A DNA stretch of 61,842 nt, the filler included. It is 7 parts of 7 records of this genome, joined end to end, with 100 filler letters (N's around TTAATTAATTAA, not from the genome) between each part and the next. Parts side by side here need not be neighbours in the genome. Positions count along the whole stretch, not along the records: positions 17,813 to 24,432 come from SRR31147125_11026; positions 24,533 to 30,007 come from SRR31147125_11051; positions 30,108 to 39,175 come from SRR31147125_11071; 4 more parts are not named here. One strand, 5' to 3'. This document shows, in pieces, positions 21,890-33,869 of this stretch; position 1 is the stretch's first letter, and each line of letters starts with the position of its first letter. The translations under genes were made by a program, and so were the position numbers. The notes under the pieces were generated by a model. It searched no databases. It was not told the origin of the DNA and saw only the letters and a list, made by a program, of their open reading frames with translations.

Positions 21890-23323
21890 TTATTTTTTAA
21901 TTATTATTTTTGCATTTACAAATTTGTGTTCTTCATCTCTATATGCTTCCCATATCCCCTCTATAAGGTATTTTAGATTAAATGTAGTTTTTGTTCCTTT
22001 ATCTATATTCAAATCATCATCAGAAGACCATTCCTGATACCATGTTTCAATTTGTGCGTCTAAGACGAGATTAATAACTGATTGATTTGTTGCCATACTA
22101 CTTATCTCTAATTCGACATAGTGTGAATAATCATAAAGTTCATCCTTTGTTGAGTTAGTTGGAATTGAATTACGAAAACTATCAAGGTCTTCAACTTTTG
22201 TAATAGTCGCATCAATCTTTGCGTCATGTATAATTTTCAAATTCTCTTTCAAAAAGTTACTGTTTTGTACAAACTCAGGTAATGATGTAAGATTTAGGCC
22301 GACCGCAAATTTCACAGGTTTACTATTGGGTTCTTCCCTTGCTTCAATCATTTTTGAACGAACCCTGCAATTACGCTCTCTGATATGGTTCCCATACAAA
22401 ATACAATCTGAGACTATATTATTATATACTCCCATATGAATTTCCTCATCAGGTATTGTCATTGAGGACGAATAAAATTTCCCTCTGAAATCAATTAAAA
22501 AATCGGGTCGTCCAAATAGAAAGACATAAAAAGGCCTCTGATTAAATACCTTCTTTACTTTAGAGTTATTATAACAGTAATATGGGAAATCTCCATGTCC
22601 ATTAAAAGGAGCGTAATATGAATACATGGAAATCCCTATTTCTGCTGTTCCAACTATATTACTAACAATATGTGTAATATGACCTTTTAATGCAATCCTG
22701 TTTTGAATATTATAATTTGGATTTTCTTTTATTTGTTTATTCGTACCAGACATTATCCCATCAGTGACAAAGAAACTAACTTCGTTTTCATTTATCTCAC
22801 TCATAATAATTTTAATAATCTCGTTCAATGGAGAATGGCCTGATGGTATTATTTTATTATTTGTAAGCTGGTCTGTAAACACTCTACAGTCCTCATATCT
22901 TTCAATTTCTGCTGCGATAGTTTTAGGGGAAAACTGAATTTCATTATAAATACCATTAATTCCCCAAGCTAATGTATTAATAATATCTGTGAAATTTTTT
23001 TCACCAGTACCTTTAAAGTAACCTCCCATACTAGCTGAAGTCTCTAGATAAAACTTCACTTCACTAACTTCCGGCTTTTTATCCTTTTTAATAGGAGAAA
23101 AAATATCAACCGATTTATCTCTTAAAGTTTCATTTACTAGTGCATCAAATTTGACTGTATCCTTTAGTTCTGAATTTGATTTTATTCTATTATACAAACT
23201 ATAAAACTCAGTCTCTGACAAAGTCCCGTCTTCTGCATAATGAACAATACCCTTTTTCAGGGTACTTTCTGACACATTATTACATGCACAGAACAAGAGA
23301 AATATTACAATAATTTTTTTCAT
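21890..23323 (-). CDS. Lipoprotein with vWA-like domain
   Basis: Lipoprotein-like leader MKKIIVIFLLFCAC; MIDAS-like FYLETSASMGGY and FFVTDG; degenerate EF-hand-like DGTLSETEF. Confidence 0.7.
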   Translation of the reverse strand: MKKIIVIFLLFCACNNVSESTLKKGIVHYAEDGTLSETEFYSLYNRIKSNSELKDTVKFDALVNETLRDKSVDIFSPIKKDKKPEVSEVKFYLETSASMGGYFKGTGEKNFTDIINTLAWGINGIYNEIQFSPKTIAAEIERYEDCRVFTDQLTNNKIIPSGHSPLNEIIKIIMSEINENEVSFFVTDGIMSGTNKQIKENPNYNIQNRIALKGHITHIVSNIVGTAEIGISMYSYYAPFNGHGDFPYYCYNNSKVKKVFNQRPFYVFLFGRPDFLIDFRGKFYSSSMTIPDEEIHMGVYNNIVSDCILYGNHIRERNCRVRSKMIEAREEPNSKPVKFAVGLNLTSLPEFVQNSNFLKENLKIIHDAKIDATITKVEDLDSFRNSIPTNSTKDELYDYSHYVELEISSMATNQSVINLVLDAQIETWYQEWSSDDDLNIDKGTKTTFNLKYLIEGIWEAYRDEEHKFVNAKIIIKK

Positions 23324-24432
23324 GCCAAATAAACATATATTAACAACTATAAAGTCAATTCCAATCTTACACCTCTTCAGAAGTTGTAGTTACCTAAATA
23401 ATAACCTTATACCTATCAAGTAATAGATATCAAATGTTTTCTTGTATTGCTCTGGGGCTGCTCCGAATATCTTCCTGAATTATCTCGTGCTACTGTTTCG
23501 AACTAGCCGGTTACATGGTTAGTATAAAACTAAGGAGAAAATATTGAAAATTCAGAAATAAAACTGATTAGAATAATTCTAAATTAAATCATAGTATCTT
23601 TAAATTCCAACTAAATATCTTAGAACTATATTATTACGATAAATTAACACTTTTAAAATTTTCCATGAATTAGACACTCAGAATCCCAAATAGTACTAGA
23701 CATTATTCGATTATTGAAATACTAGAGGACATCTTAGCCTTACCTGCCTTACCTGAAAATTTAATTAGCCTAAATTTGTAACTCAATAAAAACTTCACGC
23801 TATGATAACTCGTCACTATCTACAAAACATTACAACTTAACTAAACAAAATTAAATCCAGATGGTGCGCGTATGATAATAATGAAATACCTATTGCAGGT
23901 TATAGTCGACAACAAACTACATACAAATCCAATCCATAATAAGAGATACCAACCTGCACCTTGGCTGTAACTGTCTACCTGGCACAATATTAATAGGTCA
24001 TTCAATTGAAACGGGATTATCGTACTAAAATATGCCTTTTTTAACAGGCATGAAACAAATTAATATTATCACTCTTTTTATTCTCATAAAAAAGACGTAA
24101 TTGTTTATATATCAGTAGCATTATATAGCTAATTATAAAACAAACGCTTTTTTTATATACGAGGTCCCCTAGCAAATTCTGAGGAAGCCATACTTTAAGC
24201 ACCGATAGAGTGAATAAAAAAATTGGAAATTCGTACTCAGGAGGGATCTCCTCTTGGAGCTTAGGATAAGACTTGCAGTTTCCTACTCTTTTGCTTGATC
24301 AACCCAGGGAGCTGCAAAGTTTTGGCTCCGACAAAACGCTGTAATGGTTTAGGTGAGGTTCTGGAACATTCATTCTGGGACTTTGATTTATTTACACAAA
24401 GCCCCCTTTCTTTGTGCCATATGGCAGTAGAA

Positions 24433-24532
24433 NNNNNNNNNNNNNNNNNNNNNNNNNNNNNNNNNNNNNNNNNNNNTTAATTAATTAANNNNNNNNNNNN
24501 NNNNNNNNNNNNNNNNNNNNNNNNNNNNNNNN
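24433..24532. other. Artificial contig linker
   Basis: N44-TTAATTAATTAA-N44. Confidence 0.98.
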
Positions 24533-26006
24533 AGGTTAATCGATTTATTCAAATCGGCATCAGAAATTGAACCACCCCCTATTTCGCAAGTCGCTTCGGC
24601 ATAAATCAATAATACTTCTGCGTAACGAATTAGCGGATAATTGTAAGATTCTTCTTTTGTTTCGCGGTTAATATGTTCGGTTATAAATTTACGTCCCTGG
24701 TAACCTAAGTTACGTGCATTTGATGGAGAAGAAAGGTTAGGCACATACGTATAGTCGTAACCAGTACCTGCATCATCGAAAGCAACACCATACTGTGCTC
24801 CGGCACCATTGGTACTGCTACCCCAGCCCCAATATTCTTTTAATGGCTCGCTAACCAAACCAACTAAACGAAGGTCGCGGTTTTGGAACTCATCTTTCAT
24901 AGCACTATAACCTTCGAACAATGGAGAATGCTGCACTGGCAAACCATCGGTACATAAGTACATATCCATTAACTTACGTGTAGGACAGTGTGGTTTTGAG
25001 TGAGTCAAATTCTGATTAATTTGCTTATATGTATAATCATAAACAGTTTGGAAAATATACTCTTTGTTATCGGCCTTTGTAAATCCACCTGGATTCGACT
25101 GTCCATCTTCCAGATTAAAAAGATAAAACATGTGGTTGTTATTGTAATCTTCGCTAAAATCATCACTATAACCGGCTCCCATATCAGCTTGATGGTCCCA
25201 TAATTCGAACAAACCTGTATTCATTACTGCTTCCGCCTGAGTTTTAGCCTCTGAAAACAATTCTGAGGTACTTGGATACCCGGATGGTTTTGTAGAACCT
25301 GCACCTGATGAAGTACCATCGCCATCAAGGTAACTAAGGTCGGCATATTTTTCGTAAGTAGCTTCGAAAAGACAAATACGGGCTTTAAATGCCCTGGCTG
25401 CCTCAACAGAAAGTTTACCGAAATCCTCATCGCTAATACTGCTATGAGAAGGCAGGTAACTTATTGCTACATCTAAATCGCTAAGCATTTGGTAAACTAC
25501 CTCGTAGCGACTGTTTCGTGGTCCGTATAATACTTCCGAGCTTACATCTAACGAACTGGTTACAATTGGCACACCACCAAAGCGGCGTAACAGTTTCCAG
25601 TGGTGCCATGCTCTAAAAAGTAAGCTGCACCTAAATATTCTTGAATTTCAGAAGCATCGCCAGGATATTCTGCCGCTTTTTCAATCAATTGGTTAGCAAC
25701 ACGCATTTGACTGTAGTTGTCTTCCCAAATATCATCGGTTTCTCCGGCAACAGTAGTTCCCTGACCGTAACCCCAATCATAGGTAAGGTTGTTCGATAAA
25801 TCAGAAGTTTCATCTCCATCTTCGAAGCCTAAACGCTTGTAGAAATAGTTTGAAGCATATTCAAACTGATCGGCAGTTTGAAAATAAATTGATTCTGTTA
25901 CTGAATCCTGTGGGTCCTGATCCAAATAGTCTTCACAGCCACTCAGCAAAAAACTTGTAAGGAACAGCACAAAGGCAAATCCTTTTATATATTTTTTCAT
26001 ATTCAT
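24533..26006 (-). CDS. susD: SusD/RagB family glycan-binding lipoprotein (frameshift at A5 25615-25619; 3' truncated)
   Basis: Lipobox LSGC then EDYLD..P. Adding one T gives AYFFRAWHHWKLLRRFGGVPI. Also DL..AI..LP, RDLRL and PLIRYAEVLLIYAEA. Confidence 0.9.
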
Positions 26007-26031
26007 TTTGTGTACTTTTTTTAATTAACGA

Positions 26032-29000
26032 TTAAAATGTAGCTTGTATACCAAATATTAATGCCGACTGGAAGGTTAAGGCATCACCATTGTGTGCATC
26101 TTCGCCATGCTCAGGATCTAATCCATCGGTAATATTCGAGATTACGAATAAATCGTTACCGGTAACAGATAAGCGTAAGTTATCAACTCCAATTTTATCT
26201 AAAATTGGTTTTGGCAGCGTATATCCTAAAGTAATTGCTTTAGCGCGTAAATAAGCAGCTTTAATTACGTTAACATCGTTAGTGTGAGCATAGTTCCAAG
26301 TTTTTCGGCTACCATTATAACCTAAAATTGGAAGTTCTGAATTGGTATTCTCAGGAGTCCAGGTTTTATCCAACCATGATTCGTTTTGTCCCATCCACCA
26401 CGCTTTGAATGGATAAGCCATAGTACCACTACGTACAATGTATTGACGGCCAACACCCTGGAAGAATGCGCTAAAATCAAATCCTTTCCATTCTAATCCA
26501 AGGTTAATACCATAGTTATAATGAGGATTAGCATCGCCATAGTAAACCAGGTCGTCGGTACTGATTATACCATCTTCGTTTACGTCTACCCTGTTTACAC
26601 AATAGGTATCAAACGGTTTGCACTTCGGTAAGAAGGAAGCAATGTACCCGATGCCATAGTGTTTTGGTCTAAAGCATCGGCAAAACCAACTTGGTTATAA
26701 TAATTCAATACTTCGTCTTCAGTTTGGAATAAACCATCAGTTTTGTAAGTATAAATAGCATTTAATGGTTTTCCTTCAATTGGGTCGTCGTTAATACCAT
26801 ACGAGTAATTAACCGCACCGTCCATACGGGTAACTTCGCCTTTACTATCCCAAATATTGAATCCTACGCTGTAGCGCAAGTCACCAATTTTATCTCTCCA
26901 CTTTAAGTCAACTTCCCAACCTTTGTTTTCAAAGTCGCCACTGTTTGTTTTAGGAGCCGAAGCACCCAGTACCTGTGGGTAAGTTATACTAATCAACATG
27001 TCGTTGTTCTTGTTGTTGAAGTACTCAACTGTACCGCTTAAACGACTATCTAAGGCAGCAAAGTCAACAGCAACGTTTGATTTTGCAACACGCTCCCAGC
27101 TACGGTCGGTTGAGGTCATAGAAGAAATATTTGAAGTATTTTGAACTGCCGCACTTGTACCAAAATAAGTTGTTCCGGTACTAATAGTTGAAACGTAGTC
27201 ATAGGCACCAATACCTGTAGTAGATCCCATTTCACCATACGAGGCACGAAGTTTTAAGTTATCAAAAATACCATCTTTTAAGAAGCCCATTTCCGACAAA
27301 CGAATACCGGCAGAAGCACTGTAGAAGTTTTTCCAACGGTAATCAGGATCTAAACGTGAAGAACCATCACGGCGGGCAGAACCCTCTAAAAGGTAAATAC
27401 CTTTGTAATCGTAATTTAACTTACCAATGTACGATACTTGTCCAACAGAAGAACTTCCTGAGTCTTTTGTGTTTGTAGTTGAAAATCCGGCATTTGTCAT
27501 TGTTGAAGCATCACCGGTATTTAAATCGTCCAATTCGTCAGATGCCATATTACTTCGGTACATGTGATATTGCATATTGTCTTGTACCTCAGAGATAGCT
27601 CCTGCCATTACAGCAAAGTTATGATCGCCAAACGAACGACGGTAGTTAGCTTGTACAACGTGGTTTTGGAAAAATACTTTCGACAGATTTACACGAACAT
27701 AGGTTCCAGATGCCGATGGAGATACATTTTCAACATTTCCATCCCAGTCGTATAATGTTACTGTCTTTTTACGCTCGGTATAATCGCTTCTACGGCGGGT
27801 AATATGTGCCTGGTAGTTAAATGATAATCCTTTCACATATTTGTCAAGGTCTAAAATAACTTTACCACCCAAACGAATAGATTCTTGTTCGGTTTCGGTA
27901 CGCCCACCTTCGTTTAACAAGGCAGGAACATTGTTCGCCCACAAGCCATAATATTGTCCGGCAGGATTATAAATTGGATACATTGATGGATTTTGAAGTC
28001 CTTTTCCAATACCCTGTGTAGGTTCATCAATTAACCTATAGTCGTATGCTACGTTAAACTCAGTACTTATCAATTCGTTAACATCATAGGTTACGTTAGT
28101 ACTGAAGTTGTATTTTTTAGCACCATCGTAAACTTCTTCCAAAGCCGAACGCTCGTTGGCATAGCCCAAAGAAGTACGGTAAGTTGCTTTATCGTTACCA
28201 CCCGAAATAGAAAGATTGTGGCGGTGAGAAGTGGTAGTTCCATAAATTTCGTCGTACTGAGTAACATCAGCAAAACGGTGGTCTCTACCAAAAATATAAT
28301 ACGAATCAGGTGCCAATGGGAAAGTACCGTTAGCCAATTCGTAAAATTGATCCTGAGAGAAGAAACGACCGGTAAAACCTGCAGTTTGCATTGCTCCTTC
28401 CGAGTCCATATAATCAATCATATCGTTGGTACCGCCATTGTACCAAAGCTGTGCCCAGTCTGATAGGTTGGCAATTGGTAAGTCGTAGGCAAAATTCAAT
28501 TGAACATCACTCTGGTAATTTACTTTTAGTTTACCTTTTTTACCTTTTTTAGTAGTAATAAGAATTACACCACCGGCAGCTTTTGTACCATAAATGGCAG
28601 CAGCACCATCTTTCAATACCGAGAAAGTTTCAATGTCGTTCGAGTTAAGGGTTGAAAGTTGCCATTCAGGAATTTCCAAACCATCAACAATAATTGTTGG
28701 AGAAATGTTATTTACCGACATATCTCCACGAATTTTAATATCAGTATCTTCGTTACCCGGACGAGCATTGCCCCTGGTAATCTGCACACCATTAACCTCA
28801 CCCTGCATGGCTAAGATAGCATCCGAAGTACTTTTTCCTTTCATTACATCTTCACCTTTAACCTGAGTAACGGCACCGGTAAGTGTGGCTTTCGATTGTG
28901 TACCATAACCTACAACTACCACCTCTTCCAAACCAACTGCGTCGGTTTTTAAGGCTACATTAATTGAAGATTGGTTGCCAACAGTAATTTGTTGCGACAA

Positions 29001-29258
29001 CATACCTACAAATGAAACATTAAGAACACTTTCAGAAGAAAGACCACCTAATGAAAAATTTCCATCAAGGTCGGTAACAGTTCCTTGCGTTGTTCCTTTA
29101 ACAACAACTGTAACACCTGGTAGTGGTTCGTTCTGATCATCTACTACTTTTCCGCTAACTGTTTTTTGCTGAGCATATGCTCCTGCACTAACAGCAACAA
29201 AAAAGAGTGTAAACATTAAAAAGCTTATCGCCTTTTTAATTCTTCTTTTGTTTTTCAT
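26032..29258 (-). CDS. susC: SusC/RagA family TonB-dependent transporter (frameshift near 26600)
   Basis: VSGKVVD..NEPLPGVTVVVKGT, LEEVVVVGYG, VLKDGAAAIYG..AAGGVILITTKKG, RRDGSSR and LKLRASYG. It continues in the next frame as VDVNEDG...GDANPHYNYG and ends in the terminal GIQATF. Confidence 0.92.
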
Positions 29259-29340
29259 AAAAATTAGTTTTTGTTAAAAAATTCAGTGAACTACTTTATT
29301 GATTTATCTATTCATTCTTTATTAAAAGTTAATACCGTGT

Positions 29341-30007
29341 TTATTCATATTTTTTACTTTTTATAATTGATTCAAGGAAATAATAGTCGGCGTAATTTAA
29401 GGGAACATCAATTTCCGACTTAAAAGGTTTAGAGCCGGTAGAGTGCTTTAATAAGAAACCTCCGTTTTTGCCTGTTTCTGCAAAAAACCCGGGAGTAGTT
29501 AAAGTTGACAGTAATTTTTGAGCAGTACTTAAATAGTCTTTATTGCCTGTAAAATCGTACAACTCGAATAATGCCGATGAGATAACAGCTGCCGCCGATG
29601 CATCGTAAGGTTCGTTCGGAATTTCAGGTGCTTCAAAATCCCAGTATGGTATTTTACCCTCTTTAAAACCATCAACAGCTAAAAGGTAATCGGCAACGTT
29701 TCGGGCATGTGCCAAAAACTCTTCCATTCCGGTTTCGCGGTACATCATAGTAAAACCATAAATGGCCCATGCTTGTCCGCGTGCCCAGTCGCTTTCGTCG
29801 GCTGCACCCTGATGTGTATTTTTATTTAATACCTCGCCGGTTTCCGGATCGTAATCAATAACATGATAACAAGAATAATCATCGCGAAAATGATTGTGCA
29901 TTGTTGTTTGAGCATGTTTTACTGCAATCTCTTTAAAACTTGCATTGCCTGTTTCTTTTGCTGCCCACATTAACAACTCCAGGTTCATCATATTATCAAT
30001 AATAACC
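29341..30007 (-). CDS. GH88 unsaturated glucuronyl hydrolase, 5' truncated
   Basis: VIIDNMMNLELL, HQG..DES.WARGQAWAIYGF, DASAAA and YADYYFLE. Confidence 0.9.
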
Positions 30008-30107
30008 NNNNNNNNNNNNNNNNNNNNNNNNNNNNNNNNNNNNNNNNNNNNTTAATTAATTAANNNNNNNNNNNNNNNNNNNNNNNNNNNNNNNNNNNNN
30101 NNNNNNN
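30008..30107. other. Artificial contig linker
   Basis: N44-TTAATTAATTAA-N44. Confidence 0.98.
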
Positions 30108-31530
30108 CCTCAGGAGGAGAATAATTAAATCCGTGCAAAACAGAATGATTAATCCCCATGATAAAATTCAGATCATCCGCTCTTTTTATTGTCTCAAGTG
30201 TTGTCTGAAAAACACCCCTGGTATTGGTCATGGCTTCACAACTGGCTATGGACTTACCTGTCAGATGGGCGCCGGAGGACGTGTATTTGTTCCAGATATT
30301 GTAACCATGAGTATACGCATCCGGTGAAAACAACCAGTTATTACTCTCAGGAATATCCGGGATCATAAAACCCTCAGCCATCCCCATCAACCATGGTACC
30401 CCATAAGCCTGATATCTGGATAACGTGCCATGCTCGTGACACCAGTCATGATACGTTTGAGTGAAACGTTCTAAAAAAAGATCCACAAGTGTTTTACTAT
30501 AATCATATCTTACACGCCGGATAATATCGTTAAAGGTGGGATTTTCGCTAGATAATTCCTGATATCCCTTGAAATTATCCTCATAAAAAACAAACGGGAA
30601 ATAAGGAATCAGGTCATAACCGTTCCGTTTCTTGAATTCTTCAAGTATATCAGATGTCCAGTTGGATCCGGCTAATTCGATACTATCGACAAACAAAGCG
30701 CGAATACTTTTACCTAATGGACCACCTAATATTGGCTCTATTGCGTCAGCCAATCGATCACAATACTTGATCACCGCTTTTTTATTATAATGATCTAAAC
30801 AAGGTCCGTCTGCACCAGGTGCGCCATGCATCACCTGGCGAAAAGACTCGCCCGATTCCAGGAATCCCATTACCAGAGTGTAATTACCTGCCGGCACCTG
30901 CACCACAATTCGATTCTCAGCATCTATTTTATCGGTGACATCAACACATTGATCGATACTTTTAATATTTTCAGGTACAAGGCGTATAAAGAGCAGTGGT
31001 GGTATGGGACTGTGCGGATCTACGTTCCTGCCATGCCCACTTTTGTTGTTTGTATGAAAAAAATCATCGAGGCTTCCGGTAAATCGAGATGGTCCTGTCA
31101 GATTCACTGTTTTCAGGATCACACCTTTAATCTGTTCTTCCGGTTGCAGGAACCGTCCGCCAAATGGCCAACCCGTGCCGATAATGATATCAGTTATCAT
31201 ACCGCGGTCTTTAGCACCATCTGCCGCCACCTTGATAATTTGGCTCCATTCCGGGCTGCCCCACATCAGAGATGGCGTGTCTGTTTTGCTGGCCTCTTTC
31301 GGCATGGCAATCGGATTAATCTCGATCCCGCCGATTCCTGCTGATTTCATGACATCCAATTCGCGCAGTATTTCATTTTCAGTTACATTATTCCCATTCC
31401 ACCACCAACGCACAAAAGGTCTTGCACTGGCAGGTGGATTTTTAAAATCTTTGTAAAGGCGATCCTCTGAGCAACCTGTTATTATAAGTAAAACAAGGAA
31501 CAAGCACCACATTATGAATTTTTTAAACAT
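30108..31530 (-). CDS. GH106-like (alpha-L-rhamnosidase family) lipoprotein, 3' truncated
   Basis: Lipobox ITGC; F.NPP..ARPFVRWWWNG, GIGGIEI, GTGWPFGG, FVDSIE, F..R.GYDL and GINHSVLHG. Confidence 0.8.
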
Positions 31531-31733
31531 ACTCAAACTCCCCGAATGTAAAATAGATGGTAATAATATGTTGTTTTACATTAATGAAGCAAGTCGGTAA
31601 GAAAAGCATCCCCCAACCCATAATCCACCCATCCTAAACCGACTTATTTGTTCAGTTCGGTGACAGAATGAATTATAGTATGTTACGTATATCCATTCAA
31701 ACAGTACTTTTGATCTATTATTTCTTCAGCACA

Positions 31734-32210
31734 TCACTTTTCCCTGTCATCCTTATATCGGATATCATTGTATTCACACCAATCAGCTGCAATACTGTAA
31801 AAGGCATTTTCCCGAAATTCAAACCAGTTCTTTTCAATATTATGTTGGATCAGTTCATCTCTAAAATGATGAAAAGCACCGGAACCTTTTATGGAACGAC
31901 ACACCTCTTCCCGTAATGCTTCATTTTCTATGGTAAGACAAAATCGTTCCATGATAGAGTATTCATTCACATCAAATTTATCCGGCAATTGGACGTAATC
32001 ATCGGATCCCAGAATTTCATCTGCAATTTTCACCCTTGCTCTCTCGCTTGCAGACAGTTGTTCAAGTGGCTTGTCATTTTCAGCGTAACCAAATTCTTCA
32101 TCCGATATGGCATAAATTTTTCCGGTCGGCTTGTGTAAATACTGTTGTAATTCATCTGTTTGTAATTGAATCGCATCTACAACGTGGCTTAATTTCACTT
32201 TTGCACTCAT
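31734..32210 (-). CDS. UPF0158 family protein
   Basis: YLHKPTGKI, LP.KFDVNEYSIMERF, IKGSGAF..FRD.L and W..FR......A.DWC. Confidence 0.8.
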   Translation of the reverse strand: MSAKVKLSHVVDAIQLQTDELQQYLHKPTGKIYAISDEEFGYAENDKPLEQLSASERARVKIADEILGSDDYVQLPDKFDVNEYSIMERFCLTIENEALREEVCRSIKGSGAFHHFRDELIQHNIEKNWFEFRENAFYSIAADWCEYNDIRYKDDREK

Positions 32211-32477
32211 CCTATTTTCTCCGGTTATGGATTTCATTTAGAGTCGTAGTTCAAATGCCATATATATCCAACTATTAGTAATGTAGCAAGTTCATTTTTC
32301 CAAGCAATAGTTTTGTGAAAAAATATGAAATAATTATCATTTTTTTAGGATTGGCCTATTCGAATTTTTCATTTAAAAAAATTAGGGAAGATTGTTAATT
32401 GATATTATTAAAAATTAGGATCTCCATCGTTTTTAGAATAATCATTACAGGGAAACGTGGCAATTGAAATGCCCATG

Positions 32478-32515
32478 CAGTTCGCAGGATGAGAAAAATC
32501 CCACCCTGCGAACTG
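32478..32515 (-). terminator. Strong hairpin downstream of the crystallin-like gene
   Basis: The minus strand reads CAGTTCGCAGGGTGGGA-TTTT-TCTCATCCTGCGAACTG (17-bp stem with G-U pairs). There is no clear U-tract. Confidence 0.5.
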
Positions 32516-32560
32516 AAACATCGAGTCACGAGCATAATAACTAGAACATTTTAGAGAATA

Positions 32561-33214
32561 TTAGACAGGAGGTTGAAGATCAAATTCTACTCCGGCTGCT
32601 CGATCAGCCCAGCCATCTTTGTTTAAATTATAACCACCTTCATCCTCATTTGGTCTATAAGACATAGTAGGACTGCCTGCTTCTAAATGATCCCAAAGGA
32701 TAATTCTGTCTCCATTTATGTAACCCGGTCCTTTTTCTACACGAATGTAAGCTGCCTTGTCTGCAAATTGAAAAAGGTTCAGATCCGCAAATCTTAGACT
32801 GGGTGGAAACTCCCAATCGTAAAGAACGAGATTTGGAATATCGATTTGTTCAGGTGTATCATAAAGAAGGACACGGAGTCGATAATTTCCGTTTGGATTT
32901 GGATTAGTTACGATCAAAGCGGCAGCTGTTTTATCGGCAAAGTTTATTCTATTCAGATCAACATCTGCTGCCACAGCCGGATCAACAGAACAGGTATTTG
33001 TATTACTGCGCCGGACATGATCAAGCAAACGTACATGGTCCCCAATGCGATATTCATCACCCTGCCTTATAACAGCACGGGCAGCTTTGTCAGCAGCGCC
33101 AAATATATTCAAATCAAAAAACAAAAGCCTGTTGTTCTCATTCTGATCATCAAAAGTATGGTAAGGATTGGCGCTTGTAACAAAATCATAAAGATCGATA
33201 AAAAGATGTGCCAT
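32561..33214 (-). CDS. Four-repeat beta/gamma-crystallin-like protein
   Basis: GGAGGTG RBS; four internal repeats of pattern hhL(Y/W/L)D...(D/N)LN....AD(K/R)(A/T)A.h.h. Confidence 0.6.
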   Translation of the reverse strand: MAHLFIDLYDFVTSANPYHTFDDQNENNRLLFFDLNIFGAADKAARAVIRQGDEYRIGDHVRLLDHVRRSNTNTCSVDPAVAADVDLNRINFADKTAAALIVTNPNPNGNYRLRVLLYDTPEQIDIPNLVLYDWEFPPSLRFADLNLFQFADKAAYIRVEKGPGYINGDRIILWDHLEAGSPTMSYRPNEDEGGYNLNKDGWADRAAGVEFDLQPPV

Positions 33215-33464
33215 ATTTTTCACCTCCCTTCCCAATAATTCATTAATTTACGCCAAAAGTTCTCTTGCGGCGCACAATCCATTAAAATATAACATATATA
33301 TAACCGGAATTTAGAATGATGTATTTAGACTCATCAATATAAAGACCAACGCGTTTTGCCAATACATCTTCACCCCCGACAAACATTTTTCCATGACGAA
33401 CTATAACCGGCTTTAACGATATCTGCAATCAGAGAATATTGCTTTAGCAACACAGAAATCACCC

Positions 33465-33857
33465 TTATACCCCTAAGAATGTCAGAGCTGTTCCGACAGC
33501 AGAAGCAATCTTTTTTATTGGCTCAATCAACGTTGTGGTTTCTGTCAATACAACACCGACCATTTTTAATTTTCCGGCAATGGATTTCAATAGTCCATTA
33601 ACCTCCTCCTTATCCACCTGTTCTTTTTGAGTCACCTCATATAATTGGTCAATATCTTCCTTAACCACGTTGTGTGCATGTTCATCAAGATTTAGATCTT
33701 TAACTGCATGGGATAATTCTGAAATGGCTTTATTTATTTCCACTTTGGATATCGTTGTGACATTTTTTATTGCTTTGGCGTGGTCTCCCACAGCTAATAC
33801 ATCTGCTTTTACCTTTTTCGCCTGAATCCCCTTATTGACGGATACTTTTTTACTCAT
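33465..33857 (-). CDS. Small protein: N-terminal beta-rich motif plus helical bundle with hydrophobic C-terminal helix
   Basis: 130-aa ORF with GAGG RBS, 12 nt downstream of the membrane protein gene. Confidence 0.75.
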   Translation of the reverse strand: MSKKVSVNKGIQAKKVKADVLAVGDHAKAIKNVTTISKVEINKAISELSHAVKDLNLDEHAHNVVKEDIDQLYEVTQKEQVDKEEVNGLLKSIAGKLKMVGVVLTETTTLIEPIKKIASAVGTALTFLGV

Positions 33858-33869
33858 TATGTCCTCGCT

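Noticed and set aside
23737-23755. 9-bp tandem duplication GCCTTACCT as a transposon footprint
   Set aside because: It is a single short duplication with no supporting IS ends or transposase.
31591-31645. Riboswitch or G-quadruplex in the GH106 leader (AAGTCGGT...ACCGACTT enclosing a G-rich tract on the minus strand)
   Set aside because: The stem is only 8 bp, there is no match to a riboswitch consensus I recognise, and the G-tracts are irregular.
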